Of a stretch of 64,000 nt of DNA, positions 13,401 through 27,454 are shown piece by piece (position 1 is the stretch's first letter; every line of letters begins with the position of its first letter). The translations under genes were made by a program, and so were the position numbers. The DNA comes from Ophelia neglecta. Taxonomy: Eukaryota. Below the pieces are notes generated by a model, which had not been told where the DNA came from, did no database searches, and saw nothing but the letters and a program-made list of their open reading frames with translations. Location of the stretch: NCBI GenBank assembly GCA_965285935.1, contig OZ260666.1, positions 50,902,001 to 50,966,000 of the forward strand, written 5' to 3'.

Positions 13401-14360
13401 TTACTAAAATACTATTTTTCCAGTCACCAACATTTTCGTATTGACTGAACCAACAGCGGAGGTATTACAAATATGACGCCAGGGACGGACGTACAAGTGG
13501 AAGACAACGTTAATTTTGGGATTTATAAATGAAGCTAGTCTTAAAATCTTCTGTTATATTTCATAATATGTAAAAACAATGATAATTATCCATTATTTCG
13601 ATAAACATTAATGTTTTCTGGTAATATTACTTTGGACTTTCAGCTTAAAGGTTTGTCCTTGACCTTGGTACTCTTTCAGGACACGTGCTATATGTACATG
13701 GTGCTTTGCACGCGTCTTCAATGATTTGAAGTAAATTGTCAAATGGATGAACTTGACCTTCAGCAATGACTTGGAAGGCAATTTCTTAGGCCTAGATAGT
13801 GTGCATTTTTTTGGAGTTTGTATCTCCTCGGCAACGCACAGAATCTTTGACAGCTTATTGTTTGTGAAAAATGGACTCCACTGACAACAATTTTTGCCAT
13901 TTGGCGTTTCTTCTCTTCTGATCTCTGCCCGCACAAAAATATCCATGCTAAATATAAAACAAAATAACGCTCGGTTTTCTCTCATGCAGGCCAGGTGGAA
14001 AAAAAGCATTGGTGGATATTTGTTGGGTAACAAAATTGTTACTTATGCATGTGAAAGCATGGATGTTCCTATATATATATATATATAAGGTTCGGGCTCA
14101 ACAGAAACAAATTTAACAATAGATAACGGTTCACTGAAAGTGCCATGATCTTTGCCTTAAAAAACACAAACCCAATGGTAACACTTTGGTTGGCTTGAGT
14201 AATTTATATACATGTAGGTAAACAGATTTGACCTCTATTTGGTATATGGCCTCTGTAGGCTATTTGGTGAAAGCAACACTGTATAAACCTGTAGTTATTT
14301 TAAAACATATTTTAAAGGTAAGACCTGTAACGCCATTTGAACTTCAATCGTGAAAGACCA

Positions 14361-14787
14361 GGGCCGGTGTAAAGGTTGTGAGAGTCCCCGGACTGGACCC
14401 CCCCCCCCCCCGGACTACGTTTACTAACTTTAAGCCAAAGACGGGGGTGCCCCAGTCATTAAATACAGTGAAATCTGTCTAATCTCTCTAAGGCCAGTCA
14501 AGGGACTGGAAAAAACTGACCACATTATGTAGGTGACCTTGATAGGCAGGTCCGTTAGCACAGGCATTGGGCTATTATTTAGTGACCTTAGTGGGCAGGT
14601 GACGTTTTACACAGGTGACCACAAACCCAGGTTTCATTGCACTAGTATTCCGGTCCAGAGTTTATAAGTCCGCCGGGCCCAAAATAGTGCTAGGCCTACA
14701 TCTCGTTCCTGCGGTCTTACTAGCCTAAGATTTTCAGTCCGTGGGTCTTAAAATCCTATTGGGACTATATAATCTTATACACCGGTT
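14361..14787. mobile_element. Older MITE-like element hosting the 14466-14639 insertion
   Basis: Imperfect inverted ends CCGGTGTAAAGGTT / ATCTTATACACCGG. Confidence 0.35.
14466..14639. mobile_element. Small MITE (Tc1/pogo-like termini)
   Basis: ta|CAGTGAAATCTG ... CAGGTTTCATTG|ca imperfect TIR, with internal GTGACC...CAGG sub-repeats. Confidence 0.55.
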
Positions 14788-15389
14788 TAAGGTTGGGGGT
14801 ATATAAACATTTTCCCTGCCTCATTTCAATCCAAACAGAATATAGTAATTAGTGATTATTTTATTGACGTAATGCCATATATGTATAACTGGTTTATTTT
14901 TCAATAAATGATTAAGACCATTGTCAGGAGTGGCTATACTATTGTGGAAGCATCCAATAATCTAATGCTTGGTTGACTAGTCTTATGACGCACGTGTTAG
15001 GAGACACTTGTAATTTCTCTTTAAATTAGAACAACAAGGCTGGTTCATCTGCTAAAAAGGTCTTCGAAACCCAAGCAAGTCGCTCCATGGCTATATATTT
15101 CTCTGTCACCTCCCACGCCACACAACGCTGCATTTAGATTGAAATATATATTTGGTGATTGTTTTTGCCTCGTTGAAGGTACACGCTGACGTTTTCTTCT
15201 CTCAGATAGCCTATATCCGCTATGCATCTAGTTTCATTCTTCTAATGAAAGGTCTGGGGCTATTCTTAAACAAGTTCTATTATTAGTCGCGGTAACAAGA
15301 CCTATATATGTATACCTGTCACCTGACTCTCACCTCAAACATCATAAGATCTAGTTTTCTGTGCCGTGTAATTGGCCCAAACAATGTTT

Positions 15390-15525
15390 GGGCATCTGAC
15401 GTCAGTGGAATATCCCCCATTTGCGTGAAGGCCGTATTATTATGAAGGCTATTTTAGTTTTCATTTACGGAGATGTACCCGAGTACTGTTGAGCTTTAGT
15501 CTCCGACGTCATATGATGTCACATG
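15390..15525. promoter_or_regulatory. CRE-containing element
   Basis: TGACGTCA at 15397 and CGACGTCATATGATGTCA at ~15505. Confidence 0.4.
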
Positions 15526-15947
15526 ACAGTGGTTCCCATGTCCTAGCTAATGTTTGTTTTTAACTGAAGGTTTACCCTCCAATAACTATATAGGCCTATG
15601 CCAGCATGAAGGTAAACATCCCATGCAGTCGCTTACACCAATAACAGCACAAACAAACCTAATGCATCCACCGCAAAACTTTTGGCACACGCGTCTATAT
15701 AGAAATTTGCAATTCAAATAAACATGGCATTTACAAGCAATATCCTAATAATGCGTGTAGGTATTATTAAGAAAAGAAAAGGAAAACTGTTTTCTTCGGT
15801 ATAAGTCGTATATACTGGTACCTCCTGATTTATTTAAAGGCAAAAGCGTGCTTCAATCCGACTTATGATAAACCTACAATACAAAGTTTATTATTGACAG
15901 GTCAAATTCTTTGTGCTACGATGTAAAAGAAGCACGTCTCCAATCTT

Positions 15948-16390
15948 ACTCGTCGAGGATGGGGCAGGCCCCTGACTCGTCGAGGATGGGACAGGCCCCT
16001 GACTCGTCGAGGATGGGGCAGGCCCCTGACTCGTCGAGGATGGGGCAGGCCCCTGACTCGTCGAGGATGGGACAGGCCCCTGACTCGTCGAGGATGGGGC
16101 AGGCCCCTGACTCGTCGAGGATGGGACAGGCCCCTGACTCGTCGAGGATGGGACAGGCCCCTGACTCGTCGAGGATGGGGCAGGCCCCTGACTCGTCGAG
16201 GATGGGGCAGGCCCCTGACTCGTCGAGGATGGGCAGGCCCCTGACTCGTCGAGGATGGGGCAGGCCCGTCGAGGATGGGGCAGGCCCCTGACTCGTCGAG
16301 GATGGGGCAGGCCCCTGACTCGTCGAGGATGAGGCAGGCCCCTGACTCGTCGAGGATGGGGCAGGCCCCTGACTCGTCGAGGACGGGGCA
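15948..16390. repeat. 27-bp minisatellite, ~16 near-identical copies (ACTCGTCGAGGATGGGGCAGGCCCCTG)
   Basis: Direct period 27; G/A variant at one position; two units with short deletions. Confidence 0.97.
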
Positions 16391-18509
16391 TGAATCCCTC
16401 TTCCTAACCCAGATAGCGGACACCGCCTTTATTGGCCGGTGTTTCAACTAAAGGTGTAACCTGGATAACGGGCGTAAGAATTTAGCCATTTCTTAATAAA
16501 TGCAAAGAATTTTGATGAGATTCGTGAATTATTGGCATCTATGCTCGTGCCAGGAAGCGTGTTATCATGAACTGCGGACTTAACGCACTGAACCTGACAT
16601 TGTTTCACCTTCAACCGACTGTTGTACGTACGTGGAAAGTTACTTTTATACTTCAGTGGATTCTGCTATGATTTGTGTCTCTACATGCACGCGTAAGCCG
16701 CTCAGTTGTGATGTTTTTAAGCCGACCAATGCTCTGTATATTTGCATCTCTCGGTATCTTACAACTCATACGAATATGTTTTAATAAGGGACAGGTTATA
16801 TTCCTACCATGGTATTTTAGGGACCAGCCATCATAGTCGTTTTGAGTTAAAAGCATTTATCAGAAAGCTTTGCCCCATACCAACCCTTTTCATCCACTAA
16901 TGAAGGAACAAAAATATCTTGACAACAATATTTTTTATGAGATGTGTTAATCATATCTATACACTTTCTTCGACCAAAACATACCTTATGATAAATAATT
17001 ACATCGTTAAGACGCACGTAAAGTATAGGTGAGGGAGAGTCGGCTGCTGAAATCGGCGAGCGCTTCATGTCACGGAAGGGGTGCCGGGGGGGGGGGGGCT
17101 CTCCAATAGTATCATTGTTCTTATTGTCCACGCGTGATGATGCATTGTTCCAAGCAGGATGATTTGCGGAGGCGTTTGGAAGTTTGTAGCCGATAATAAA
17201 GGTGAGATATGTTCGTCTGTTAGCTGGGCTGTCGTCTGCGGTTGTTTATTTGGAGGGGGCAGGGACACAAAGTGGCCTCGTTACTGGCTTCCGGTTGTGA
17301 AATGACCAGCCAAGCATATATCTTCTAGGGGAAAGGGTTAACTCTGTGTATGATTCTCGTGGAGCTGGCAGCAAAAAATGAGATAGAAATAGTGTGCAAT
17401 TAGTCATATGTACATCTGCATTTGGACAAATAATGGTTAAGTAATGTTGTATAATTTCCAAAATACAGTGCTCCTTATACAAGTATCAGGTGTTTAATAA
17501 AGTTTGGAAAAGGTTTGAAGGAAAGATATAGGTTCCTTCAACTAGTTTTGGGGAAATATTAAGAACGATTTTGCTTTTTCCTCTATATGTTAGAGGCCTT
17601 GTAATATCCTATTCCCAGTGAGGCATTGCAACCTTTTATTTGCTATTCGCTTCAAGGTTAATTAAAGCTATAAAGGCACTGTAAATAATTTGAACATCAA
17701 CATATATTTTGTTGTATTATGACATGAGGGTCACTCGATTAACCTTTTGCTATTATACCAATCCTTATTAAAATGTGTTTAAAACAAGGCTATATTATAT
17801 TCTTTATTAACTAAGCGAACGGCCAATAACATATATCATATCATGATATTTGTAAGGTCACTTTAGGAGATACATTACATGTACTAATAAGCGGAGACCT
17901 ACAATTAGATTTCGTTTGGTACTCAGTTGCATTAAATGTGATCAATGAGCTGGTCGTGAGATATGGCACCGCAGACGACCTCACAGATAATAGTCCGCTA
18001 ATCACCTGCTGAGTTGCGGTAACCGCTGGCTGCAGTAGCCACTTGGCGCCTATGTTCCACCGAAAACTGTAGCCGATAAGTTCAGCAATACGCATACAGA
18101 AGCCATCATATAGCAAAGCATCAACAAATGGCGTTATGTATTGAAGGTGCAAGAGAGACACTCCACCCCAATTATCTGCTATATGTACACCGTTAAGGTT
18201 CAATATTTCAACAGGTTTTCTTCCTTAGCTGCGGCAACATATACTGGGCCAGGTACTCATGAACATGGATGCAAACATATATCGTGCAAAAAGAACAAAA
18301 TAACATGCTGTGTGCAAAAGCCTTCCATGCTGAGATATCTTTTTAGCACAATAAGAAACGCGTGGAGAAAAACATCCTCTGCCCACGCCAAATTGCGCAC
18401 AAAGCATACGGCTAGCTTCAGGAGTGGCACAATAAGTAAATTATGTTAAACATCGGCCTGACGGGGCCAAATCTGCGTTAATACAAACTGTAATCGGATG
18501 GCAGCCGCC

Positions 18510-18842
18510 ATTGACGCGGGAAACCCATGACCGACCAGAAGCATACATAATGCTCTGGCCAATCAGATACCCGGGTTGCAGAAGACTAATTACTGCCAAT
18601 GCGCACTGAACTCGCGTGACGTCAGGGCATTCCGTTTGACGTCATTCGATCGGAGTCTCCTAGTTGTGAAATATATACACGATGTCGGCTGGTTGTCGGG
18701 GATTCACGGCAAGTGGCGGAGGGAGTGCGAACATACGGGAAGGGAAAGCAAACTCGGTATCACTGGCGGCGAACGGAGAAAAGGCTTACAGACTCACTGG
18801 CAGACGATCTACCATCTGCGGGAGACAAATCAAAAGGTAAGC
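18510..18842 (+). promoter_or_regulatory. Immediate-early-type promoter plus non-coding first exon (~18700-18836), probably of NR4A
   Basis: CCAAT at 18559 and 18596, tandem TGACGTCA at 18617 and 18637, TATATA at 18672, strong donor AAG|gtaagc at 18837. Confidence 0.65.
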
Positions 18843-21800
18843 CAAACATTGTTTTAATTGACCACTATTTCGCCACTATTTTTTTGCCTCTTTACACGCC
18901 AAGAAGCCCGCGCTTCCTTCAGGCAGGGCTATCTACATGGATACTATATATAAACCCTGAACTGCCTAATCGATACCCTCGTGATCGATGGCTTATAAGG
19001 GGATTGGATAAGCATTGATGAACGTGATTAGGAGTTCGGCTGTGAAGGCACGTGGGGTTTTCTGTGCGAACCGTGAGTTGGGAGAGATGTTGGGGAAGCT
19101 AGTCAGACTGTCTTATGGTCAATGTTATCCCTTTAATAACAAACAGGGAGCATAGCTCTCCAGGGCCCGCTCATGCCACAGGTGGGTTGGTGGTCCTCAC
19201 CTGACCGCAGTATAGGAAGCTATAGGATACCTCGATAATACATGGATAGCACTACCTAATCCCAGGCAACAGGCTGCACTGTGGCGTTCCATGTTGTTGA
19301 GTACGAGGAGAGCTGGTGCTCAGATCGATGCTTCACGTACGGCCTCCCTGCCGTGCTAGGGACGCAGCGAGGGCCTACTGCCGCCTGATCTCGGAGAATG
19401 TAGAGCACAACAATACTCCAGGTGATGAATTTTCCTTTGCCGACAAAATACCAGCTCCTCTTTCGCCCCTTTCCCTGTTGATTAAAAACATCTGGCCTTA
19501 ACTGACAGTTTGTCTTCAAATCACTTACTATTCCCCGGGACTGCAATTATTGTGTGTTGTATTCCCAAGAATCAAAATCGATAAATCACTGCAGGCCAAC
19601 TGGAGACAGCACTTGTTATCCCTAGGAAAAGTGGGTCTGTGACATTGGAGGTACGCTAGGGCCATCGCATGCTTGATGGACTTCAGAGAAAGATCATTAT
19701 AGAATAATTAAGTAGGTTTCAAACATATTTGTTTCTTTATGTATATATGGTATACAGTTAAAAACTTCTCGAAGACTTTTTCATGAAGGTGTGGTAAGAT
19801 CCTTATAGCTAGTCATCATTTCACTGACCACTCATGTTTAAGGCGTTGTTCCTGGTGATTCATTTGACCCTATTTGACGACTGGTACGTACTGATATTGC
19901 TGTGGCCCTTAGCCCTAATGATTCATTTACCCTTTGGTAGCATCATACCTACAATGAATACAAACTGGTTTAACTGCATGGTGTCTCCCTATACATTTGC
20001 AAAATGCATTTATGGTTGAATTTTTCTATTTTTTTCCGTATGACTGTTGAGCTGACTGTAATATTTATATAGTAATTTGCTGTGTCTGTTTTGATTGTTG
20101 CGCTACTATACGTACAACAGTGCTCAGCTCCTCGCCCTGGTGGCCTATATAGTTTAGTTAGTTAGACCATATCCCGACATTGTTCATATATATGTTCAGG
20201 CCAATAGTTATCAAGATTACAGATGTTTTTGTTAAATTGTTTGCATTTTTTTCGTTGGCATACAATTAGGCAAGTTCACTTGATATATGGTTAATTGTTT
20301 TAGATTATGCTGGTCGTTTTGTTCAGAGTGCCAAGCTGTCTACCGTCTACCACCGTTTTAAATCTATAGACTCGATCGTCCATTGTGTTTTCTCGCCATA
20401 TTTTCAATTGTGCATGCATTTATTAACATGTCTATAATACACTGTTTGCTAATTTAATATTAAAAAGTGTAAATACACCAATTTGATGACGATTTTTAAG
20501 AGGTCTGCCAAGTGCACATGGTGTTAATGCAAATATCAAACAATCAATATGTTAATGATATGATCGATAAGGAATATTGGATATCAATACTTTGCGTCAC
20601 TACTGAAAGGATGTCGCAGCCGGCGAGAAAGATACCCATCTCTTTATGTGGCAGTGAGCGCTGATAACTAGATTGCTTCAAATAAAAGTCACAGTGGCCT
20701 TACAAACAGAGATAATTGATCATAGTAAATCTTATATCTATTTAGTGGTTTGTCCGGGCCGAGAAATGGGATTATTCATTTAGCTTCAATCTAAAGTTAC
20801 TGTATATTTTACAGTTTGCAATTGGCTGCTACCTACAGATATCCCGTAGCCGAGAAAGATAGTCTCCCCCCCCCCCACCCACCCCTTCATTTCCTTTTAT
20901 GACGCTGTACTTAATAAGAAGCGTAAATGCAATCTCGGTGACTTAACACTTCTAAGTGTTGAAGGAAGTCGTCATCTTTTCAAGGTCTTTCTATGTCCCT
21001 CGTTGGACATGCGTGGCTGCATGGCGTCGGTCGCCATGTATAGACCAATAGAGGGGAACGAACACAGACAGTGTTAACGTGTACGGTCATCTATGTCCAC
21101 ACGATGGGTGCGGGTCATTCCTGTCTCTATTATCTAATTCTCAGTTGATGTGGCCACCTTCAATACATGTACACTTAATATAGCTTTATAATGTTATTAC
21201 ACCTATATGGGTTTTTTTAACCAAGCGGTTCTGTATTTTGATTTATCTCCTTTCGGACCAGGGTAACTGACATTCGAGTCCCAATTTCTTACAGTTAAAT
21301 GCGATTTGATTGAAGCATATCACCTGACCTCTGATGCTACATCAATTTCGAAATGACAGAGATGTAGAACATCGGGTTTATTCCTTCCTTTTAGACTCTT
21401 CGGCAAAGATTACACGAGTAATAAGACAAGTTTGCTGTTGCGTTTCGCCTGTCATCCCTCCTTAGGTGTCGTTTGCCGTTCCAACTGCACGCATAGCTCG
21501 TACAGTGAGCGCGGTCTCCTCTGATAGAACTAATCGTGCTCCATCAGCCTAATTCACACAGGACAGGATGGCGATTTGCCTCGAGGTGGATATTAATTCC
21601 TCCTAACACATTTTGAGAGAGTTTTGCCTGTCAGTTTAGCGGCCCTGATTATATTGGGCCGATCCCCGGTGCGGAGTTGTGAAAGAATACCTTGCCTGGT
21701 GTTGAATGATGCCTGTCTCGGCTGCCTCGCTTACCCTCCGCCAATGTCGAGTAGAAGCTTCGTAGATAGTTTTTATGACGAAAAAAAACCTTATCTTTGT

Positions 21801-24800
21801 GTAGGTATAGACTACATTCTGTCGAGTCTCTACCTATTTATAAGCTCCAACCATGAAATTCTTTCAGCACAAAGGAAAAACAAAATGCCCCAAAATTAGG
21901 AAACCGAATGCAACATCCATTATGTAGGTAAAGCCAACAAGCTCTATTCATTCTCAAATTATAGTTGACTTGACTCTTTGCTTTTGTCTCCTATCTAGGT
22001 TGTTTTGGGGGTTCTGTCGTTCTCTCGGCAAGCCGTCGCGCTTTCAAAAACGGTCGTCTGCCGCTATCGGGCCAATGAAGTCGGCCCGAATGGCGCCAAC
22101 TGCCTTGTTCTCGCCCTTCGGCCATACTGCCTCTAATCACCGCACGGACGCAAATGAGTGTGTGCAATTACGGTAATTGTTCCCGGGAGAGAGGCGATCG
22201 GCTGGCGTCCCCGCTGCCGGCCTTTTGCCGGGCCCATGGCGGCGGCTTCTGATTGAGGTGAGAAGCCCAACACGGCCTGAAATAGAGGTATAACTCGATA
22301 AAAGGGAACCAACATTCTCAAGTTTATTTCTCACTAGACCATTTTGTAGTGTCCAGAGATCCGACCACAGCTTGCCCAGAATACTCCACAACAATGAGTA
22401 CCACATACAACATAAACTCACAGATCACAGGCACATCTCTCAAATCACACACCAGCAAACTTCACCCCTTTCACAAAACTAGAGACGTTTCACGTCTGTA
22501 ACTTCTATGGTGGTAGGCCGTACTGAAAAATAAATCATCGAGCGTTGATGATTTCACTACCTAATCAAGATAAAGAATAAACATCTGTAATTTAGTTCGC
22601 TATAACTTACTCATAAACATATTCTAGCATCTGGGATAGTCTGTTATCGCCATGGTGTTAGATATAGCTACATTTTTGTAGGTGCATGTAGGCCTATTAT
22701 TGAGGCCTGGGTCTTGTATATAGATTCAGCAAGATATTTTTGTGTGCTCGCCCTTCCTTCTTTCCCACCCTTCCATTTTTTATACTGTTTGCAATTCCCA
22801 TTTTACAAATACAAAACAAGAAGTAGGCCTGTGTGTGCTTCACTTCTAGAAAAGTCGCTATTTATAACAAAATCAGGATCTTGGTGATGTCGAATCCCAT
22901 CTACTCTGCGTCTCAGATGTATGTGAACAACTTCTTACATACTTAAACATGCTTCTACCCGGATACTTGTTTTCCTGGAAAAAAGTCTTGACTTAATTTG
23001 AAATGCCTCAATGATTAAAAGATTTCTCTTTGACAGACGTGTGCTTCGTGATTGACACGTTATTCTATATTTCATCAGTTTGTGTCATGCATGGAAGCTC
23101 AGAATGTGCGATATGCAGTAATTCTGCACCACGTGCCTGAAGTTGGTTGGGGCAAAAACCGTCTAATGAGATTCCATGTTCTCCTTCCATGTCAGTTCGG
23201 GTCAGTGGCTTCAAGCCAATTCCAGGTTTTATCTAAATCTTTCTTGACAGTCGGCAAAAGTGGCCGAAGACGGTGGTTATATTTGTTGTTGCGATTTAAG
23301 AAAGTGTGTAACTCTGGCCAGAATAGCTGGGGGGCCGGCAAAATGTGGACTTGGGCGTCACAGCCAGTCACAGATCGTTTAGTTCTGGGGCCTGGGGTAA
23401 AACCCCCGGGGCGAGGGGGGTGGATCACCCCAATGGGGAGGCGCTCCTTCCCAATCGAGCCAGGTCAATGCACAACAGGATCCTTCCCCTCATAATCCCC
23501 AAAATTCAATAGACCTGACTGAGGGCAGCAAGGAGCCGAGAGGTTCCTAGTAATTTACCATCTTCTGGTGGCGGCGGTGTCTGGTAAAGTGAGTCGGAGA
23601 CTGACGGTGGGGTACGGCAATTCAGGGCACCCAATCCCTGCCTTCAACTGACACGTCAACAAATTAGTTGTGTCATTGGTATAGACGAGTATATATATAG
23701 GTATCTCCCAACTTTTCTCGGACTCTTTGGTTTAGCTGCAGGGCTGCCTGACTAGATAGACGAGGCATACATACACCTGGGCGGCGTTATCAAAGACAGA
23801 TGATTGGAGCTACCTGTCAGGTGAAACATCATTCCAGACGGCAGATTACTGGTACGGGGAAAACAGACTTGTCTCACTAAACTTTATTATACTCTTTCTG
23901 TTTGCGGCTGTCAGGCTTCGCCAAAATCAATGGCCTCCTCCCACACAGCTCATGTTTATACAACAACCATATGGTAAAAACCTTGCCTATATCTAAGCCG
24001 CCTCTGTTTCTCGTCCACACTCACTTTAGCCCTGAATGATATAGATGAATTCGCGAAGCTTTTGAATAACATTACTTAGCAATTGATCGGCGCAAATTAG
24101 TATGTTGCAAAACGTCGACACAGAACTATTGATGAGAGCATGGCCAGGGACGAGAATAGCGTGACAGATGCTGTCCTTCAGCTACCTTTAACCAGCGCCA
24201 CACTGTTCACACGTATTTTGTAATTGCCACAATCAGGTCAAAGCTCTGGTCAAACACGGCTTTGAGGATGATTAGTTAAACAAATGTCTTTGGGTACAAC
24301 GGGATTTACGAGCTTTCTGTCTCATCGGTGGAGGGGATGCACGAGGCACTTCTGACGCGTGTCTTCTTTGGGGCCTTGCTCCCGTTCGTGTGAGGCTCGC
24401 AACCAGGTACTTGTGGACAATCACGAAACTTAACACTGGGATTTCATGACAATCCCCCAGCAGTTACTTATACCCGCCCCGGCCTTTAAGGTCGATCTCC
24501 GACCTCCTCGCGGCTTATCTTATTGTTTGCCCTGCTCTTTCGCTCCTTGTAGATTTTACTTGTTTATGCACGACTTTTCGTGCCCCTCCAGTCATTGCAT
24601 TTGTACTGTATTTTTCACAAAATTCTTAAAGCCATACGTAAATACCCAAAATTCTTAAAGCCATACCCTTGCCTACACAGACAACTGTTGATAAAGACCT
24701 ATGCTCTCTTTGGTGCCCTACTATAGCACTTTACCTGTGCTTTCAACATATGACTAACGACAGCCATTTTAAAGAAAAAATAATACAATTCAAAACGACT

Positions 24801-26119
24801 ATAGATATATGACAATACGTGAATAACTGGTCTCAAGCCACCAATGTGTGCCTATTTTAAATACATTGATTCTATTACACCCAATACAATTATTTTGTAA
24901 AGCTTGAGAAAGAACAACTTCGACTGTTAATTTCAATAAGGGCAATAAAACATCGGTTGCAAAAAGTTAGTTAGGGAAGGCGCTCAGGAGATAAAAGGAG
25001 ACAAGGCATTTTGCGCGTGCAGTCTCCATGATAGTGGTTATAGTTGTGGCTCATTCATTGTAATAAGTAGATGTATGCTACGCTTTTTCTGGGTTCTGCA
25101 GAGAATAATTGCCTTGGCAATGAGACTACAGGGAAACAATGACTCAAGGGTATACGTTAGGACTATTCTCCACTCGGAATGACTCCAGTCATGTTCCTTT
25201 GGGCATTGTTTGTCCTATTATCTACCGGGTATCCATTCTTGTTTTCCCCAATTTGCCACTCTCCGGCACGGCGCCCCTACACCACCCTCCGCCATTCCAT
25301 ACACGTCGCCTTGGCGTCGGCGTCTCATTGAGTTCGGTGTGCGTAACTTTCCTCTCGGATGACGTAAAATTGCCTATAACGGTCTCAGCGCTCTGCCAAG
25401 TGAGCCTCTTGAAGGGCCGCAAGAGAATTCCGAAAAGAAACCTCCACCACCGACAGATGTGATCGCCTTATTGATCTGAGATAGTGGTACTATGCTCTGC
25501 GGTTTCAGTGACAGTTGAGTAAGCCGCGGGTTAAGCCCTGCTGGAAGGGAATCCGTGATAGCATCCTGCTTTTACAGTAATTAACGGAACTATTTTACTT
25601 CAGACAATGTCACCTAGAAACGACATCTACAGCCATATATGTACACCACAAGGACAACATACTCAGTTCTGACCTAATTTCTCCAGATAATATGAACAGA
25701 CCTCACTTATCAGCAAATAAACCTGCGCTCGTTTCGCCGACTCTTAAAAGCATTAGCTCCATCTCAGCCACCATTTCCTCCGGCCTTCTTAATCCCAATA
25801 TTACGTCAATGAAGACGCAAAAGTCTGATAAGTGCAGGGCTAGGTACCGGTTAGAAAACTTTTCGGGCCCAAGTTCACGTTTGTACATTATTATCGCTAT
25901 CTTAGACTTCATCCCGATGTTAGGGACTCAGTTTTACAATAGCGACCAAAACCCAATTAGGTACTTGACTAATTTTGTCTTCTTAAAGCACGGCTCTATG
26001 GTCATTTTTCTTTAGGTTTGTTGTTGCTTATTGTCATGTAAGCCTAATTAACGGTACATGCTCTTCTTGTTGCTCGTCATCCGGCCAGCCTGTTATAGAT
26101 GACCTGTCGTGATGTAAAC

Positions 26120-26504
26120 TCGTGCGTCAAGGACACAGTGTCGCGCGTCTCCTCGCTGACGTAGGCGGTCCTCGGTCGTCTGCCTTCCCGCCAACGGCTC
26201 AACGCAGCCGATCAATACACGGACGCAAGCACGGCCGCCCGCTTATACATCTTTGGGGCCGCAGCCACAGGTGCGGACGCTGGTTCCTGGCTCTATTGTC
26301 TCGTGCTGTGACGTCAGCTGTCCGCGGTGGGTCTCCTCAGTGGATTTCCCGTGTATTGTGGGTTCAGTCTCTCGGAGAGGGGACGCAGAAAAACGGGGCG
26401 CTCTTGCATTCAAGCTCGTAAGGCTGCGAGGAAAACTCGTCTGCTCCTGGTACGGGGCTACAGGGCTGCCACCGAAGACGCTTTAGTGTTGGCACTAGGT
26501 AAGT
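26120..26504 (+). promoter_or_regulatory. CRE/Inr promoter plus ATG-free first exon (~26366-26498)
   Basis: TGCGTCA 26123, TGACGTA 26157, TGACGTCA 26309, Inr TCAGTC 26364, consensus donor TAG|gtaagt at 26499. Confidence 0.55.
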
Positions 26505-27454
26505 AGATTTGATGCAGGTTTTACAAGATGTTGCTTAGTGGGCCCGAGAAAGCACCTGTGGATAGATGAGTGGTGATTAGGGCAGAGTGGTAGGATTGCT
26601 TGTAGCAATTTTGGTTCAAGGACGATTGGTATTGTAAGCTGCATAAAGAGGTGTCGACTTCAAGAACCCGCATCCTCGTTGTTCACCTATAAGTGACGTT
26701 TCTGGCAGTTCACCCAAATCCTTCACATCGCTCGCAGGACAACCGCGGGAAGATACCAAGGTTTAGTGCGCATGCCTTCCATCCGCATCCGGTAGGCCTA
26801 TAGAGTAAATCGTCAAATTGCAAGTGGTGACAACCGAGATTATTGTAAATCGTTCGGGCTATTTATCATCAAGATAACATTCAGGCTTAAACTTGCAATC
26901 GGCAAGGAAAAGCAATACGATGATGTACTTTTTGCCTCCATGCAGTGTGATGATATGCCGCGATGTTCCCGACGTTAGCTAGGGGTATAGTAGGCTACTA
27001 TAAAGAGGATGCCTGCCACAGGTCCTCTCTTTCAATCGATCATGCTCTCACGTAGCTCTTGTTATGTCGGCAATGACAGCCGGTGGTCTGAGGCCTCATT
27101 TATCCACGCGCGTTAAATAGTTGTGGCCAAATGATATATGTTAATTACGGGGCTGTCTTTTTTGAAGTCGTCCTTGCCTCTATATCACAGTTGTAGAGTT
27201 GGGGAGAGTTTTACCTCTAATTATTGTGTGTTTGAGTACCAGTGGGGTTTCTTTGAGTAGGCGACAAGTGCTACCTGCAGGATTACACAAACTACAGTCA
27301 TATTGAATTCATGGACATAATTGTTGTTTTAAAATTTCAGTTGTAAAATTATGTCTATCACATCCTATAATACGCTAGTGGAAAGCCATGTAGAATATGG
27401 TCTTTCGAGAATTGCATTTCTCTTTTAGTGGTAAGCGGTTTTTTTACTCGCACT

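Noticed and set aside
15891-16447. 126-181 aa ORFs on both strands
   Set aside because: Translations of a stop-free 27-bp repeat; no splice or homology support.
24618-24666. 20-bp direct duplication separated by 9 nt
   Set aside because: Local slippage or repair scar with no element between the copies.
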